64,000 bases of DNA from Eledone cirrhosa. Taxonomy: Eukaryota. Where the stretch lies: assembly GCA_964016885.1 (NCBI GenBank), contig OZ024751.1, forward strand, positions 1,984,001 to 2,048,000. The letters run 5' to 3'. The stretch's first letter is position 1. Every line of letters begins with the position of its first letter. This document shows positions 27,001 to 40,000 of this stretch, one piece after another. A program made the position numbers and the translations under genes. A model generated the notes under the pieces. That model searched no databases, was not told where the DNA came from, and saw nothing but the letters and a program-made list of their open reading frames with translations.

Positions 27001-30000
27001 TGTTGGTGTTACTGTTGTTGGTGTTGTTAGTATTAATGTTGTTGGTGTTGTTGGTTTTACTCTTGTTGGTGTTGGTGGTGTTACTGTTGTTGGTGTTGTT
27101 GCTGTTACTGTTGTTGGTGTTGTTGGTGTTACTGTTGTTGGTGTTGTTGGTGTTACTATTGTTGGTGTTGTTAGTATTACTGTTGTTGGTGTTGGTGGTG
27201 TTACTGTTGTTGGTGTTGTTGGTGTTACTGTTGTTGGTGTTGTTACTGTTACTGTTGTTGGTGTTGTTTGTGTTACTGTTGTTGGTGTTGGTGGTGTTAC
27301 TGTTGTTGGTGTTGTTGGTGTTACTGTTGTTGGTGTTGTTGGTGTTACTGTTGTTGTTGTTGTTGTTGGTGTTTCTGTTGTTGTTGGTGTTGGTGTTACT
27401 GTTGTTGGTGTTGTTAGTGTTACTGTTGTTGGTGTTGTTGGTGTTACTGTTGTTGGTGTTGTTAGTGTTAATGCTGTTGGTGTTGTTTGTGTTACTGTTG
27501 TTGGTGTTGGTGGTGATACTGTTGTTGGTGTTGTTGGTGTTACTGTTGTTGGTGTTGTTGGTGTTACTGTTGTTGGTGTTGTTGGTGTTACTGTTGTTGG
27601 TGGTGTTGGTGTTACTGTTGTTGGTGTTGTTGGTGTTACTGTTGTTGGTGTTGGTGGTGTTACTGTTGTTGGTTTTGTTGGTGTTACTGTTGTTGGTGTT
27701 GTTGGTGTTACTGTTGTTGGTGTTGTTGGTGTTACTGTTGTTGGTGGTGTTGGCGTTACTGTTATTGGTGTTGTTAGTGTTACTGTTGTTGGTGTTGTTG
27801 GTGTTACTGTTGTTGGTGTTGTTAGTGTTACTGTTGTTGGTGTTGTTGGTGTTACTGCTGTTGGTGTTGTTGGTGTTACAGTTGTTGGTGTTGGTGGTGT
27901 TATTAGTGTTACTGTTGTTGGTGTTGGTGGTGTTATTAGTGTTACTGTTGTTGGTGTTGGTGGTGTTACTGTTGTTGGTGTTGTTGGTGTTACTGTTGTT
28001 GGTGTTGTTGGTGTTACTGTTGTTGGTGTTGTTAGTATTAATGTTGTTGGTGTTGTTGGTTTTACTCTTGTTGGTGTTGGTGGTGTTACTGTTGTTGGTG
28101 TTGTTGCTGTTACTGTTGTTGGTGTTGTTGGTGTTACTGTTGTTGGTATTGTTGGTTTTACTGTTGTTGGTGTTGTTGGTGTTACTGTTGTTGGTGTTGT
28201 TGGTGTTACTATTGTTGGTGTTGTTAGTATTACTGTTGTTGGTGTTGGTGGTGTTACTGTTGTTGGTGTTGTTGGTGTTACTGTTGTTGGTGTTGTTAGT
28301 ATTACTGTTATTGGTGTTGGTGGTGTTACTGTTGTTGGTGTTGTTGGTGTTACTGTTGTTGGTGTTGTTACTGTTACTGTTGTTGGTGTTGTTGGTGTTA
28401 CTGTTGTTGGTGTTGGTGGCGTTACTGTTGTTGGTGTTGTTGGTGTTAATGTTGTTGGTGTTGTTTGTGTTACTGTTGTTGGTGTTGGTGGTGTTACTGT
28501 TGTTGGTGTTGTTGGTGTTACTGTTGTTGGTGTTGTTGGTGTTACTGCTGTTGTTGTTGTTGGTGTTTCTGTTGTTGTTGGTGTTGGTGTTACTGTTGTT
28601 GGTGTTGTTAGTGTTACTGTTGTTGGTGTTGCTGGTGTTACTGTTGTTGGTGTTGTTAGTGTTAATGTTGTTGGTGTTGTTTGTGTTACTGTTGTTGGTG
28701 TTGTTGGTGGTGTTGGTGTTACTGTTGTTGGTGTTGTTGGTGTTACTGTTGTTGGTGTTGGTGGTGTTACTGTTGTTGGTTTTGTTGGTGTTACTGTTGT
28801 TGGTGTTGTTGGTGTTACTGTTGTTGGTGTTGTTGGTGTTACTGTTGTTGGTGGTGTTGGTGTTACTGTTGTTGGTGTTGTTAGTGTTACTGTTGTTGGT
28901 GTTGTTAGTGTTACTGTTGTTGGTGTTGTTTGTGTTACTGTTGTTGGTGGTGTTGGTGTTACTGTTGTAGGTGTTGTTAGTGTTACTGTTGTTGGTGTTG
29001 TTGGTGTTACTGTTGTTGGTGTTGTTAGTGTTACTGTTGTTGGTGTTGTTGGTGTTACTGTTGTTGGTGTTGTTTGTGTTACTGTTGTTGGTGTTGGTGG
29101 TGTTACTGTTGTTGGTGTTACTGTTGTTGGTGTTGTTGGTGTTACTGCTTTGGTGTTGTTGGTGTTACTGTTGTTGGTGTTGTTGGTGTTACTGTTGTTG
29201 GTGTTGTTAGTGTTACTGTTGTTGGTGTTGTTTGTGTTACTGTTGTTGGTGGTGTTGGTGTTACTGTTGTTGGTGTTGTTAGTGTTACTGTTGTTGGTGT
29301 TGTTGGTGTTACTGTTGTTGGTGTTGTTAGTGTTACTGTTGTTGGTGTTGTTGGTGTTACTGTTGTTGGTGTTGTTTGTGTTACTGTTGTTGGTGTTGGT
29401 GGTGTTACTGTTGTTGGTGTTACTGTTGTTGGTGTTGTTGGTGTTACTGCTTTGGTGTTGTTGGTGTTACTGTTGTTGGTGTTGTTGGTGTTACTGTTGT
29501 TGGTGTTGTTAGTGTTACTGTTGTTGGTGTTGTTTGTGTTACTGTTGTTGGTGGTGTTGGTGTTACTGTTGTTGGTGTTGTTAGTGTTACTGTTGTTGGT
29601 GTTACTGTTGTTGGTGTTGTTAGTGTTACTGTTGTTGGTGTTGTTGGTGTTACTGTTGTTGGTGTTGTTTGTGTTACTGTTGTTGGTGTTGGTGGTGTTA
29701 CTGTTGTTGGTGTTACTGTTGTTGGTGTTGTTGGTGTTACTGCTTTGGTGTTGTTGGTGTTACTGTTGTTGGTGTTGTTGGTGTTACTGTTGTTGGTGTT
29801 GTTGGTGTTACTGTTGTTGGTGTTGTTAGTGTTACTGTTGTTGGTGTTGTTGGTGTTACTGCTGTTGGTGTTGTTGGTGTTACAGTTGTTGGTGTTGGTG
29901 GTGTTATTAGTGTTACTGTTGTTGGTGTTGGTGGTGTTATTAGTGTTACTGTTGTTGGTGTTGGTGGTGTTTCTGTTGTTGGTGTTGTTGGTGTTACTGT

Positions 30001-30200
30001 TGTTGGTGTTGTTGGTGTTACTGTTGTTGGTGTTGTTAGTATTAATGTTGTTGGTGTTGTTGGTTTTACTCTTGTTGGTGTTGGTGGTGTTACTGTTGTT
30101 GGTGTTGTTGCTGTTACTGTTGTTGGTGTTGTTGGTGTTACTGTTGTTGGTGTTGTTGGTGTTACTATTGTTGGTGTTGTTAGTATTACTGTTGTTGGTG
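24100..30200. repeat. ~3.0-kb duplication containing a ~300-bp sub-repeat with three copies of the ACT-GCT-TT deletion
   Basis: Lesions at 26135/26437/26730 and 29144/29446/29739; each pair has offset exactly 3009. Confidence 0.9.
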
Positions 30201-33200
30201 TTGGTGGTGTTACTGTTGTTGGTGTTGTTGGTGTTACTGTTGTTGGTGTTGTTAGTATTACTGTTATTGGTGTTGGTGGTGTTACTGTTGTTGGTGTTGT
30301 TGGTGTTACTGTTGTTGGTGTTGTTACTGTTACTGTTGTTGGTGTTGTTGGTGTTACTGTTGTTGGTGTTGGTGGCGTTACTGTTGTTGGTGTTGTTGGT
30401 GTTAATGTTGTTGGTGTTGTTTGTGTTACTGTTGTTGGTGTTGGTGGTGTTACTGTTGTTGGTGTTGTTGGTGTTACTGTTGTTGGTGTTGTTGGTGTTA
30501 CTGCTGTTGTTGTTGTTGGTGTTTCTGTTGTTGTTGGTGTTGGTGTTACTGTTGTTGGTGTTGGTGTTACTGTTGTTGGTGTTGTTAGTGTTACTGTTGT
30601 TGGTGTTGCTGGTGTTACTGTTGTTGGTGTTGTTAGTGTTAATGTTGTTGGTGTTGTTTGTGTTACTGTTGTTGGTGTTGTTGGTGGTGTTAGTGTTACT
30701 GTTGTTGGTGTTGTTGGTGTTACTGTTGTTGGTGTTGGTGGTGTTACTGTTGTTGGTTTTGTTGGTGTTACTGTTGTTGGTGTTGTTGGTGTTACTGTTG
30801 TTGGTGTTGTTGGTGTTACTGTTGTTGGTGGTGTTGGTGTTACTGTTGTTGGTGTTGTTAGTGTTACTGTTGTTGGTGTTGTTGGTGTTACTGTTGTTGG
30901 TGTTGTTAGTGTTACTGTTGTTGGTGTTGTTGGTGTTACTGTTGTTGGTGTTGTTTGTGTTACTGTTGTTGGTGTTGGTGGTGTTACTGTTGTTGGTGTT
31001 ACTGTTGTTGGTGTTGTTGGTGTTACTGTTGTTGGTGTTGTTGGTGTTACTGTTGTTGGTGTTGTTGGTGTTACTGTTGTTGGTGTTGTTGGTGTTACTG
31101 TTGTTGGTGCTGTTTGTGTTACTGTTGTTGGTGTTGGTGGTGTTACTGTTGTTGGTGTTGTTGGTGTTACTGTTGTTGGTGTTGGTGGTGTTACTGTTGT
31201 TGGTGTTGTTGGTGTTACTGTTGTTGGTGTTGTTAGTGTTACTGTTGTTGGTGTTGTTGGTGTTACTGTTGTTGTGGTAATTAGTGTTACTGTTGTTGGT
31301 GTTGGTGGTGTTACTGTTGTTGGTGTTGTTGGTGTTACTGTTGTTGGTGTTGTTGGTGTTACTGTTGTTGGTGTTATTAGTGTTACTGTTGTTGGTGTTG
31401 TTGGTGTTACTGTTGTTGGTGTTGTTGGTGTTACTGTTGTTGGTGTTGGTGTTACTGTTGTTAGTGTTGGTGTTACTGCTGTTGGTGTTACTGTTCTTGG
31501 TGTTGGTGGTGCTACTGTTGTTGGTGTTGTTGGTGTTACTGTTGTTGGTGTTGTTAGTGTTACTGTTGTTGGTGTTGTTGGTGTTACTGTTGTTGGTGTT
31601 ATTAGTGTTACTGTTGTTGGTGTTGGTGGTGTTACTGTTGTTGATGTTGTTGGTGTTACTGTTGTTGGTGTTCTTGGTGTTACTGTTGTTGGTGTTGTTA
31701 GTGTTACTGTTGTTGGTGTTGGTGGTGTTAGTGTTGTTGGTGTTCTTGGTGTTACTGTTGTTGGTGTTGGTGGTGTTACTGTTGTTGGTGTTGTCGGTGT
31801 TACTGTTGTTGGTGTTGATGGTGTTACTGTTGTTGGTGTTATTAGTGTTACGGTTGTTGGTGTTGGTGGTGTTACTGTTGTTGGTGTTATTGGTGTTACT
31901 GTTGTTGGTGTTGTTAGTGTTACTGTTGTTGGTGTTGGTGGTGTAACTGTTGTTGGTGTTGTTGGTGTTACTGTTGTTGGTGTTGTTGGTGTTACTGTTG
32001 TTGGTGTTGTTGGTGTTACTGTTGTTGGTGTTGGTGTTACTGTTGTTGGTGTTGGTGGTGTTACTGTTGTTGGTGTTGTTGGTGTTACTGTTGTTGGTGT
32101 TGGTATTACTGTTGTTGGTGTTGGTGGTGTTACTGTTGTTGGTGTTGTTGGTGTTACTGTTGTTGGTGTTGGTGTTACTGTTGTTGGTGTTGTTGGTGAT
32201 ACTGTTGTTGGTGTTGTTTGTGTTACTGTTGTTGGTGTTGTTGGTGTTACTGTTGTTGGTGTTGTTAGTGTTACTGTTGTTGGTGTTGTTGGTGTTACTG
32301 TTGTTGGTGTTGTTGGTGTTACTGTTGTTGGTGTTGTTGGTGTTACTGTTGTTGGTGGTGTTGGTGTTACTGTTGTTGGTGTTGTTAGTGTTACTGTTGT
32401 TGGTGTTGTTGGTGTTACTGTTGTTGGTGTTGTTGGTGTTACTGTTGTTGGTGTTGTTGGTGTTACTGTTGTTGATGTTATTAGTGTTACTGTTGTTGGT
32501 GTTGGTGGTGTTACTGTTGTTGGTGTTGTTGGTGTTACTGTTATTGGTGTTACTGTTGTTGGTGTTGGTGCTGTGACTGTTGTTGGTGTTGTTGGTGTTA
32601 CTGTTGTTGGTGTTGTTAGTGTTACTGTTGTTGGTGTTGTTAGTGTTACTGTTGTTGGTGTTGTTGGTGTTACTGTTGTTGCTGTTGTTAGTGTTACTGT
32701 TGTTGGTGTTGTTGTTGTTACTGTTGTTGGTGTTGCTGGCGTTACTGTTGTTGGTGTTGTTGGTGTTACTGTTGTTGGTGTTGTTGGTATTACTGTTGTT
32801 GGTGTTGTTGGTGTTACTGTTGTTGGTGTTGATGGTGTTACTGTTGTTGGTGTTGTTGGTGTTACTGCTGTTGGTGTTATCAGTGTTACTGTTGTTGCTG
32901 TTGTTATTGTTACTGTTGTTGGTTTTGTTGGTGTTACTGTTGTTGGTGTTGTTGGTGTTACTGTTGTTGGTGTTGTTAGTGTTACTGTTGTTGGTGTTGT
33001 TGGTGTTACTGTTGTTGGTGTTGTTGGTGTTACTGTTGTTGGTGTTGTTGGTGTTAATGTTGTTGGTGCTGGTGGTGTTACTGTTGTTGGTGTTCTTGGT
33101 ATTACTGTTGTTGGTGTTATTAGTGTTACTGTTGTTGGTTTTGGTGGTGTTACTGTTGTTGGTGTTGATGGTGTTACTGTTGTAGGTGTTGTTGGTGTTA

Positions 33201-34099
33201 CTGCTGTTGGTGTTGTTAGTGTTACTGTTATTGGTGTTGTTGGTGTTACTGTTGTTGGTGTTACTGTTGTTGGTGTTGTCGGTGTTACTGTTGTTGGTGT
33301 TGTTGGTGTCACTGCTGTTGGTGTTGTTGGTGTTACTGTTGTTGGTGTTGGTGGTGTTATTAGTGTTACTGTTGTTGGTGTTGGTGGTGTTACTGTTGTT
33401 GGTGTTGTTGGTGTTGGTGGAGTTACTGTTGTTGGTGTTGTTTGTGTTACTGTTGTTGGTGTTGGTGGTGTTACTGTTGTTGGTGTTGTTGGTGTTACTG
33501 TTGTTGGAGTTGTTGGTGTTACTGTTGTTGGTGTTGTTAGTATTAATGTTGTTGGTGTTGTTGGTGTTACTCTTGTTGGTGTTGGTGGTGTTACTGTTGT
33601 TGGTGTTGTTGCTGTTACTGTTGTTGGTGTTGTTGGTGTTACTGTTGTTGGTATTGTTGGTGTTACTGTTGTTGGTGTTGTTGGTGTTACTGTTGTTGGT
33701 GTTGTTGGTGTTACTATTGTTGGTGTTGTTAGTATTACTGTTGTTGGTGTTGGTGGTGTTACTGTTGTTGGTGTTGTTGGTGTTACTGTTGTTGGTGTTG
33801 TTAGTATTACTGTTGTTGGTGTTGTTACTGTTACTGTTGTTGGTGTTGTTGGTGTTACTGTTGTTGGTGTTGGTGGTGTTGCTGTTGTTGGTGTTGTTGG
33901 TGTTAATGTTGTTGGTGTTGTTTGTGTTACTGTTGTTGGTGTTGGTGGTGTTACTGTTGTTGGTGTTGTTGGTGTTACTGTTGTTGGTGTTGTTGGTGTT
34001 ACTGTTGTCGTTGTTGTTGGTGTTTCTGTTGTTGTTGTTGTTGGTGTTACTGTTGTTGGTGTTGTTAGTGTTACTGTTGTTGGTGTTGTTGGTGTTACT

Positions 34100-37000
34100 G
34101 TTGTTGGTGTTGCTGGTGTTACTGTTGTTGTTGGTGTTACTGTTGTTGGTGTTGTTGGTGTTACTGTTGTTGGTGGTGTTGGTGTTACTGTTGTTGGTGT
34201 TGTTGGTGTTACTGTTGTTGGTGTTGGTGGTGTTACTGTTGTTGGTTTTGTTGGTGTTACTGTTGTTGGTGTTGTTGGTGTTACTGTTGTTGGTGTTGTT
34301 GGTGAATTTTTGTTGGTCGTGTTGGCGTTACTGTTGTTGGTGTTGTTAGTGTTACTGTTGTTGGTGTTGTTGGTGTTACTGTTGTTGGTGTTGTTAGTGT
34401 TACTGTTGTTGGTGTTGTTGGTGTTACTGCTGTTGGTGTTGTTGGTGTTACTGTTGTTGGTGTTGGTGGTGTTATTAGTGTTACTGTTGTTGGTGTTGGT
34501 GGTGTTACTGTTGTTGGTGTTGTTGGTGTTGGTGGTGTTACTGTTGTTGGTGTTGTTTGTGTTACTGTTGTTGGTGTTGGTGGTGTTACTGTTGTTGGTG
34601 TTGTTGGTGTTACTGTTGTTGGTGTTGTTGGTGTTACTGTTGTTGGTGTTGTTAGTATTAATGTTGTTGGTGTTGTTGGTTTTACTCTTGTTGGTGTTGG
34701 TGGTGTTACTGTTGTTGGTGTTGTTGATGTTACTTTTGTTGGTGTTGTTGGTGTTACTGTTGTTGGTATTGTTGGTGTTACTGTTGTTGGTGTTGTTGGT
34801 GTTACTGTTGTTGGTGTTGTTGGTGTTACTATTGTTGGTGTTGTTAGTATTACTGTTGTTGGTGTTGGTGGTGTTACTGTTGTTGGTGTTGTTGGTGTTA
34901 CTGTTGTTGGTGTTGTTAGTATTACTGTTGTTGGTGTTGGTGGTGTTACTGTTGTTGGTGTTGTTGGTGTTACTGTTGTTGGTGTTGTTACTGTTACTGT
35001 TGTTGGTGTTGTTGGTGTTACTGTTGTTGGTGTTGGTGGTGTTACTGTTGTTGGTGTTGTTGGTGTTAATGTTGTTGGTGTTGTTTGTGTTACTGTTGTT
35101 GGTGTTGGTGGTGTTACTGTTGTTGGTGTTGTTGGTGTTACTGTTGTTGGTGTTGTTGGTGTTACTGCTGTTGTTGTTGTTGGTGTTTCTGTTGTTGTTG
35201 GTGTTGGTGTTACTGTTGTTGGTGTTGTTAGTGTTACTGGTGTTGGTGTTGCTGGTGTTACTGTTGTTGGTGTTGTTAGTGTTAATGTTGTTGGTGTTGT
35301 TTGTGTTACTGTTGTTGGTGTTGGTGGTGATACTGTTGTTGGTGTTGTTGGTGTTACTGTTGTTGGTGTTGTTGGTGTTACTGTTGTTGGTGTTGTTGGT
35401 GGTGTTGGTGTTACTGTTGTTGGTGTTGTTGGTGTTACTGTTGTTGGTGTTGGTGGTGTTACTGTTGTTGGTTTTGTTGGTGTTACTGTTGTTGGTGTTG
35501 TTGGTGTTACTGTTGTTGGTGTTGTTGGTGTTACTGTTGTTGGTGGTGTTGGTGTTACTGTTGTTGGTGTTGTTAGTGTTACTGTTGTTGGTGTTGTTGG
35601 TGTTACTGTTGTTGGTGTTGTTAGTGTTACTGTTGTTGGTGTTGTTGGTGTTACTGTTGTTGGTGTTGTTTGTGTTACTGTTGTTGGTGTTGTTGGTGTT
35701 ACTGTTGTTGTTGTTGTTAGTGTTACTGTTGTTGGTGTTGTTGGTGTTACTGTTGTTGGTGTTGTTTGTGTTACTGTTGTTACTGTTGTTGGTGTTACTG
35801 TTGTTGGTGTTGTTGGTGTTACTGCTTTGGTGTTGTTGGTGTTACTGTTGTTGGTGTTGTTGGTGTTACTGTTGTTGGTGTTGTTGGTGTTACTGTTGTT
35901 GGTGTTGTTGGTGTTACTGTTGTTGGTGTTGTTGGTGTTACTGTTGTTGGTGCTGTTTGTGTTACTGTTGTTGGTGTTGGTGGTGTTACTGTTGTTGGTG
36001 TTGTTGGTGTTACTGTTGTTGGTGTTGGTGGTGTTACTGTTGTTGGTGTTGTTGGTGTTACTGTTGTTGGTGTTGTTAGTGTTACTGTTGTTGTTGTTGT
36101 TGGTGTTTCTGTTGTTGTGGTAATTAGAGTTACTGTTGTTGGTGTTGGTGGTGTTACTGTTGTTGGTGTTGTTGGTGTTGGTGGAGTTACTGTTGTTGGT
36201 GTTGTTTGTGTTACTGTTGTTGGTGTTGGTGGTGTTACTGTTGTTGGTGTTGTTGGTGTTACTGTTGTTGGAGTTGTTGGTGTTACTGTTGTTGATGTTG
36301 TTAGTATTAATGTTGTTGGTGTTGTTGGTGTTACTCTTGTTGGTGTTGGTGGTGTTACTGTTGTTGGTGTTGTTGCTGTTACTGTTGTTGGTGTTGTTGG
36401 TGTTACTGTTGTTGGTATTGTTGGTGTTACTGTTGTTGGTGTTGTTGGTGTTACTGTTGTTGGTGTTGTTGGTGTTACTATTGTTGGTGTTGTTAGTATT
36501 ACTGTTGTTGGTGTTGGTGGTGTTACTGTTGTTGGTGTTGTTGGTGTTACTGTTGTTGGTGTTGTTAGTATTACTGTTGTTGGTGTTGGTGGTGTTACTG
36601 TTGTTGTTGTTGTTGGTGTTACTGTTGTTGGTGTTGTTAGTGTTACTGTTGTTGGTGTTGTTGGTGTTACTGTTGTTGGTGTTGTTAGTGTTAATGTTGT
36701 TGGTGTTGTTTGTGTTACTGTTGTTGGTGTTGGTGGTGATACTGTTGTTGGTGTTGCTGGTGTTACTGTTGTTGTTGGTGTTACTGTTGTTGGTGTTGTT
36801 GGTGTTACTGTTGTTGGTGGTGTTGGTGTTACTGTTGTTGGTGTTGTTGGTGTTACTGTTGTTGGTGTTGGTGGTGTTACTGTTGTTGGTTTTGTTGGTG
36901 TTACTGTTGTTGGTGTTGTTGGTGTTACTGTTGTTGGTGTTGTTGGTGAATTTTTGTTGGTGGTGTTGGCGTTACTGTTGTTGGTGTTGTTAGTGTTACT

Positions 37001-40000
37001 GTTGTTGGTGTTGTTGGTGTTACTGTTGTTGGTGTTGTTAGTGTTACTGTTGTTGGTGTTGTTGGTGTTACTGCTGTTGGTGTTGTTGGTGTTACTGTTG
37101 TTGGTGTTGGTGGTGTTATTAGTGTTACTGTTGTTGGTGTTGGTGGTGTTACTGTTGTTGGTGTTGTTGGTGTTGGTGGTGTTACTGTTGTTGGTGTTGT
37201 TTGTGTTACTGTTGTTGGTGTTGGTGGTGTTACTGTTGTTGGTGTTGTTGGTGTTACTGTTTTTGGTGTTGTTGGTGTTACTGTTGTTGGTGTTGTTAGT
37301 ATTAATGTTGTTGGTGTTGTTGGTTTTAATCTTGTTGGTGTTGGTGGTGTTACTGTTGTTGGTGTTGTTGATGTTACTTTTGTTGGTGTTGTTGGTGTTA
37401 CTGTTGTTGGTATTGTTGGTGTTACTGTTGTTGGTGTTGTTGGTGTTACTGTTGTTGGTGTTGTTGGTGTTACTATTGTTGGTGTTGTTAGTATTACTGT
37501 TGTTGGTGTTGGTGGTGTTACTGTTGTTGGTGTTGTTGGTGTTACTGTTGTTGGTGTTGGTGGTGTTACTGTTGTTGGTGTTGGTGGTGTTACTGTTGTT
37601 GGTGTTGTTGGTGTTACTGTTGTTGGTGTTGTTACTGTTACTGTTGTTGGTGTTGTTGGTGTTACTGTTGTTGGTGTTGGTGGTGTTACTGTTGTTGGTG
37701 TTGTTGGTGTTAATGTTGTTGGTGTTGTTTGTGTTACTGTTGTTGGTGTTGGTGGTGTTACTGTTGTTGGTGTTGTTGGTGTTACTGTTGTTGGTGTTGT
37801 TGGTGTTACTGCTGTTGTTGTTGTTGGTGTTTCTGTTGTTGTTGGTGTTGGTGTTACTGTTGTTGGTGTTGTTAGTGTTACTGGTGTTGGTGTTGCTGGT
37901 GTTACTGTTGTTGGTGTTGTTACTGTTACTGTTGTTGGTGTTGTTGGTGTTACTGTTGTTGGTGTTGTTGGTGTTACTGTTGTCGTTGTTGTTGGTGTTT
38001 CTGTTGTTGTTGTTGTTGGTGTTACTGTTGTTGGTGTTGTTAGTGTTACTGTTGTTGGTGTTGTTGGTGTTACTGTTGTTGGTGTTGTTAGTGTTAATGT
38101 TGTTGGTGTTGTTTGTGTTACTGTTGTTGGTGTTGGTGGTGATACTGTTGTTGGTGTTGCTGGTGTTACTGTTGTTGTTGGTGTTACTGTTGTTGGTGTT
38201 GTTGGTGTTACTGTTGTTGGTGGTGTTGGTGTTACTGTTGTTGGTGTTGTTGGTGTTACTGTTGTTGGTGTTGGTGGTGTTACTGTTGTTGGTTTTGTTG
38301 GTGTTACTGTTGTTGGTGTTGTTGGTGTTACTGTTGTTGGTGTTGTTGGTGAAATTTTGTTGGTCGTGTTGGCGTTACTGTTGTTGGTGTTGCTAGTGTT
38401 ACTGTTGTTGGTGTTGTTGGTGTTACTGTTGTTGGTGTTGTTAGTGTTACTGTTGTTGGTGTTGTTGGTGTTACTGCTGTTGGTGTTGTTGGTGTTACTG
38501 TTGTTGGTGTTGGTGGTGTTATTAGTGTTACTGTTGTTGGTGTTGGTGGTGTTACTGTTGTTGGTGTTGTTGGTGTTGGTGGTGTTACTGTTGTTGGTGT
38601 TGTTTGTGTTACTGTTGTTGGTGTTGGTGGTGTTACTGTTGTTGGTGTTGTTGGTGTTACTGTTGTTGGTGTTGTTGGTGTTACTGTTGTTGGTGTTGTT
38701 AGTATTAATGTTGTTGGTGTTGTTGGTTTTACTCTTGTTGGTGTTGTTGGTGTTACTGTTGTTGGTGTTGTTGGTGTTACTATTGTTGGTGTTGTTAGTA
38801 TTACTGTTGTTGGTGTTGGTGGTGTTACTGTTGTTGGTGTTGTTGGTGTTACTGTTGTTGGTGTTGTTAGTATTACTGTTGTTGGTGTTGGTGGTGTTAC
38901 TGTTGTTGGTGTTGTTGGTGTTACTGTTGTTGGTGTTGTTACTGTTACTGTTGTTGGTGTTGTTGGTGTTACTGTTGTTGGTGTTGGTGGTGTTACTGTT
39001 GTTGGTGTTGTTGGTGTTAATGTTGTTGGTGTTGTTTGTGTTACTGTTGTTGGTGTTGGTGGTGTTACTGTTGTTGGTGTTGTTGGTGTTGTTGGTGTTA
39101 CTGCTGTTGTTGTTGTTGGTGTTTCTGTTGTTGTTGGTGTTGGTGTTACTGTTGTTGGTGTTGTTAGTGTTACTGGTGTTGGTGTTGCTGGTGTTACTGT
39201 TGTTGGTGTTGTTAGTGTTAATGTTGTTGGTGTTGTTTGTGTTACTGTTGTTGGTGTTGGTGGTGATACTGTTGTTGGTGTTGTTGGTGTTACTGTTGTT
39301 GGTGTTGTTGGTGTTACTGTTGTTGGTGTTGTTGGTGGTGTTGGTGTTACTGTTGTTGGTGTTGTTGGTGTTACTGTTGTTGGTGTTGGTGGTGTTACTG
39401 TTGTTGGTTTTGTTGGTGTTACTGTTGTTGGTGTTGTTGGTGTTACTGTTGTTGGTGTTGTTGGTGTTACTGTTGTTGGTGGTGTTGGTGTTACTGTTGT
39501 TGGTGTTGTTAGTGTTACTGTTGTTGGTGTTGTTGGTGTTACTGTTGTTGGTGTTGTTAGTGTTACTGTTGTTGGTGTTGTTGGTGTTACTGTTGTTGGT
39601 GTTGTTTGTGTTACTGTTGTTGGTGTTGTTGGTGTTACTGTTGTTGTTGTTGTTAGTGTTACTGTTGTTGGTGTTGTTGGTGTTACTGTTGTTGGTGTTG
39701 TTTGTGTTACTGTTGTTACTGTTGTTGGTGTTACTGTTGTTGGTGTTGTTGGTGTTACTGTTGTTGGTGTTGTTGGTGTTACTGTTGTTGGTGTTGTTGG
39801 TGTTACTGTTGTTGGTGTTGTTGGTGTTACTGTTGTTGGTGTTGTTGGTGTTACTGTTGTTGGTGTTGTTGGTGTTACTGTTGTTGGTGCTGTTTGTGTT
39901 ACTGTTGTTGGTGTTGGTGGTGTTACTGTTGTTGGTGTTGTTGGTGTTACTGTTGTTGGTGTTGGTGGTGTTACTGTTGTTGGTGTTGTTGGTGTTACTG

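Noticed and set aside
38351-38358. Slippery heptamer AAATTTC on the - strand suggesting programmed frameshifting
   Set aside because: Present in only one of nine copies of the lesion, and the A/C-rich strand offers no stimulatory structure.
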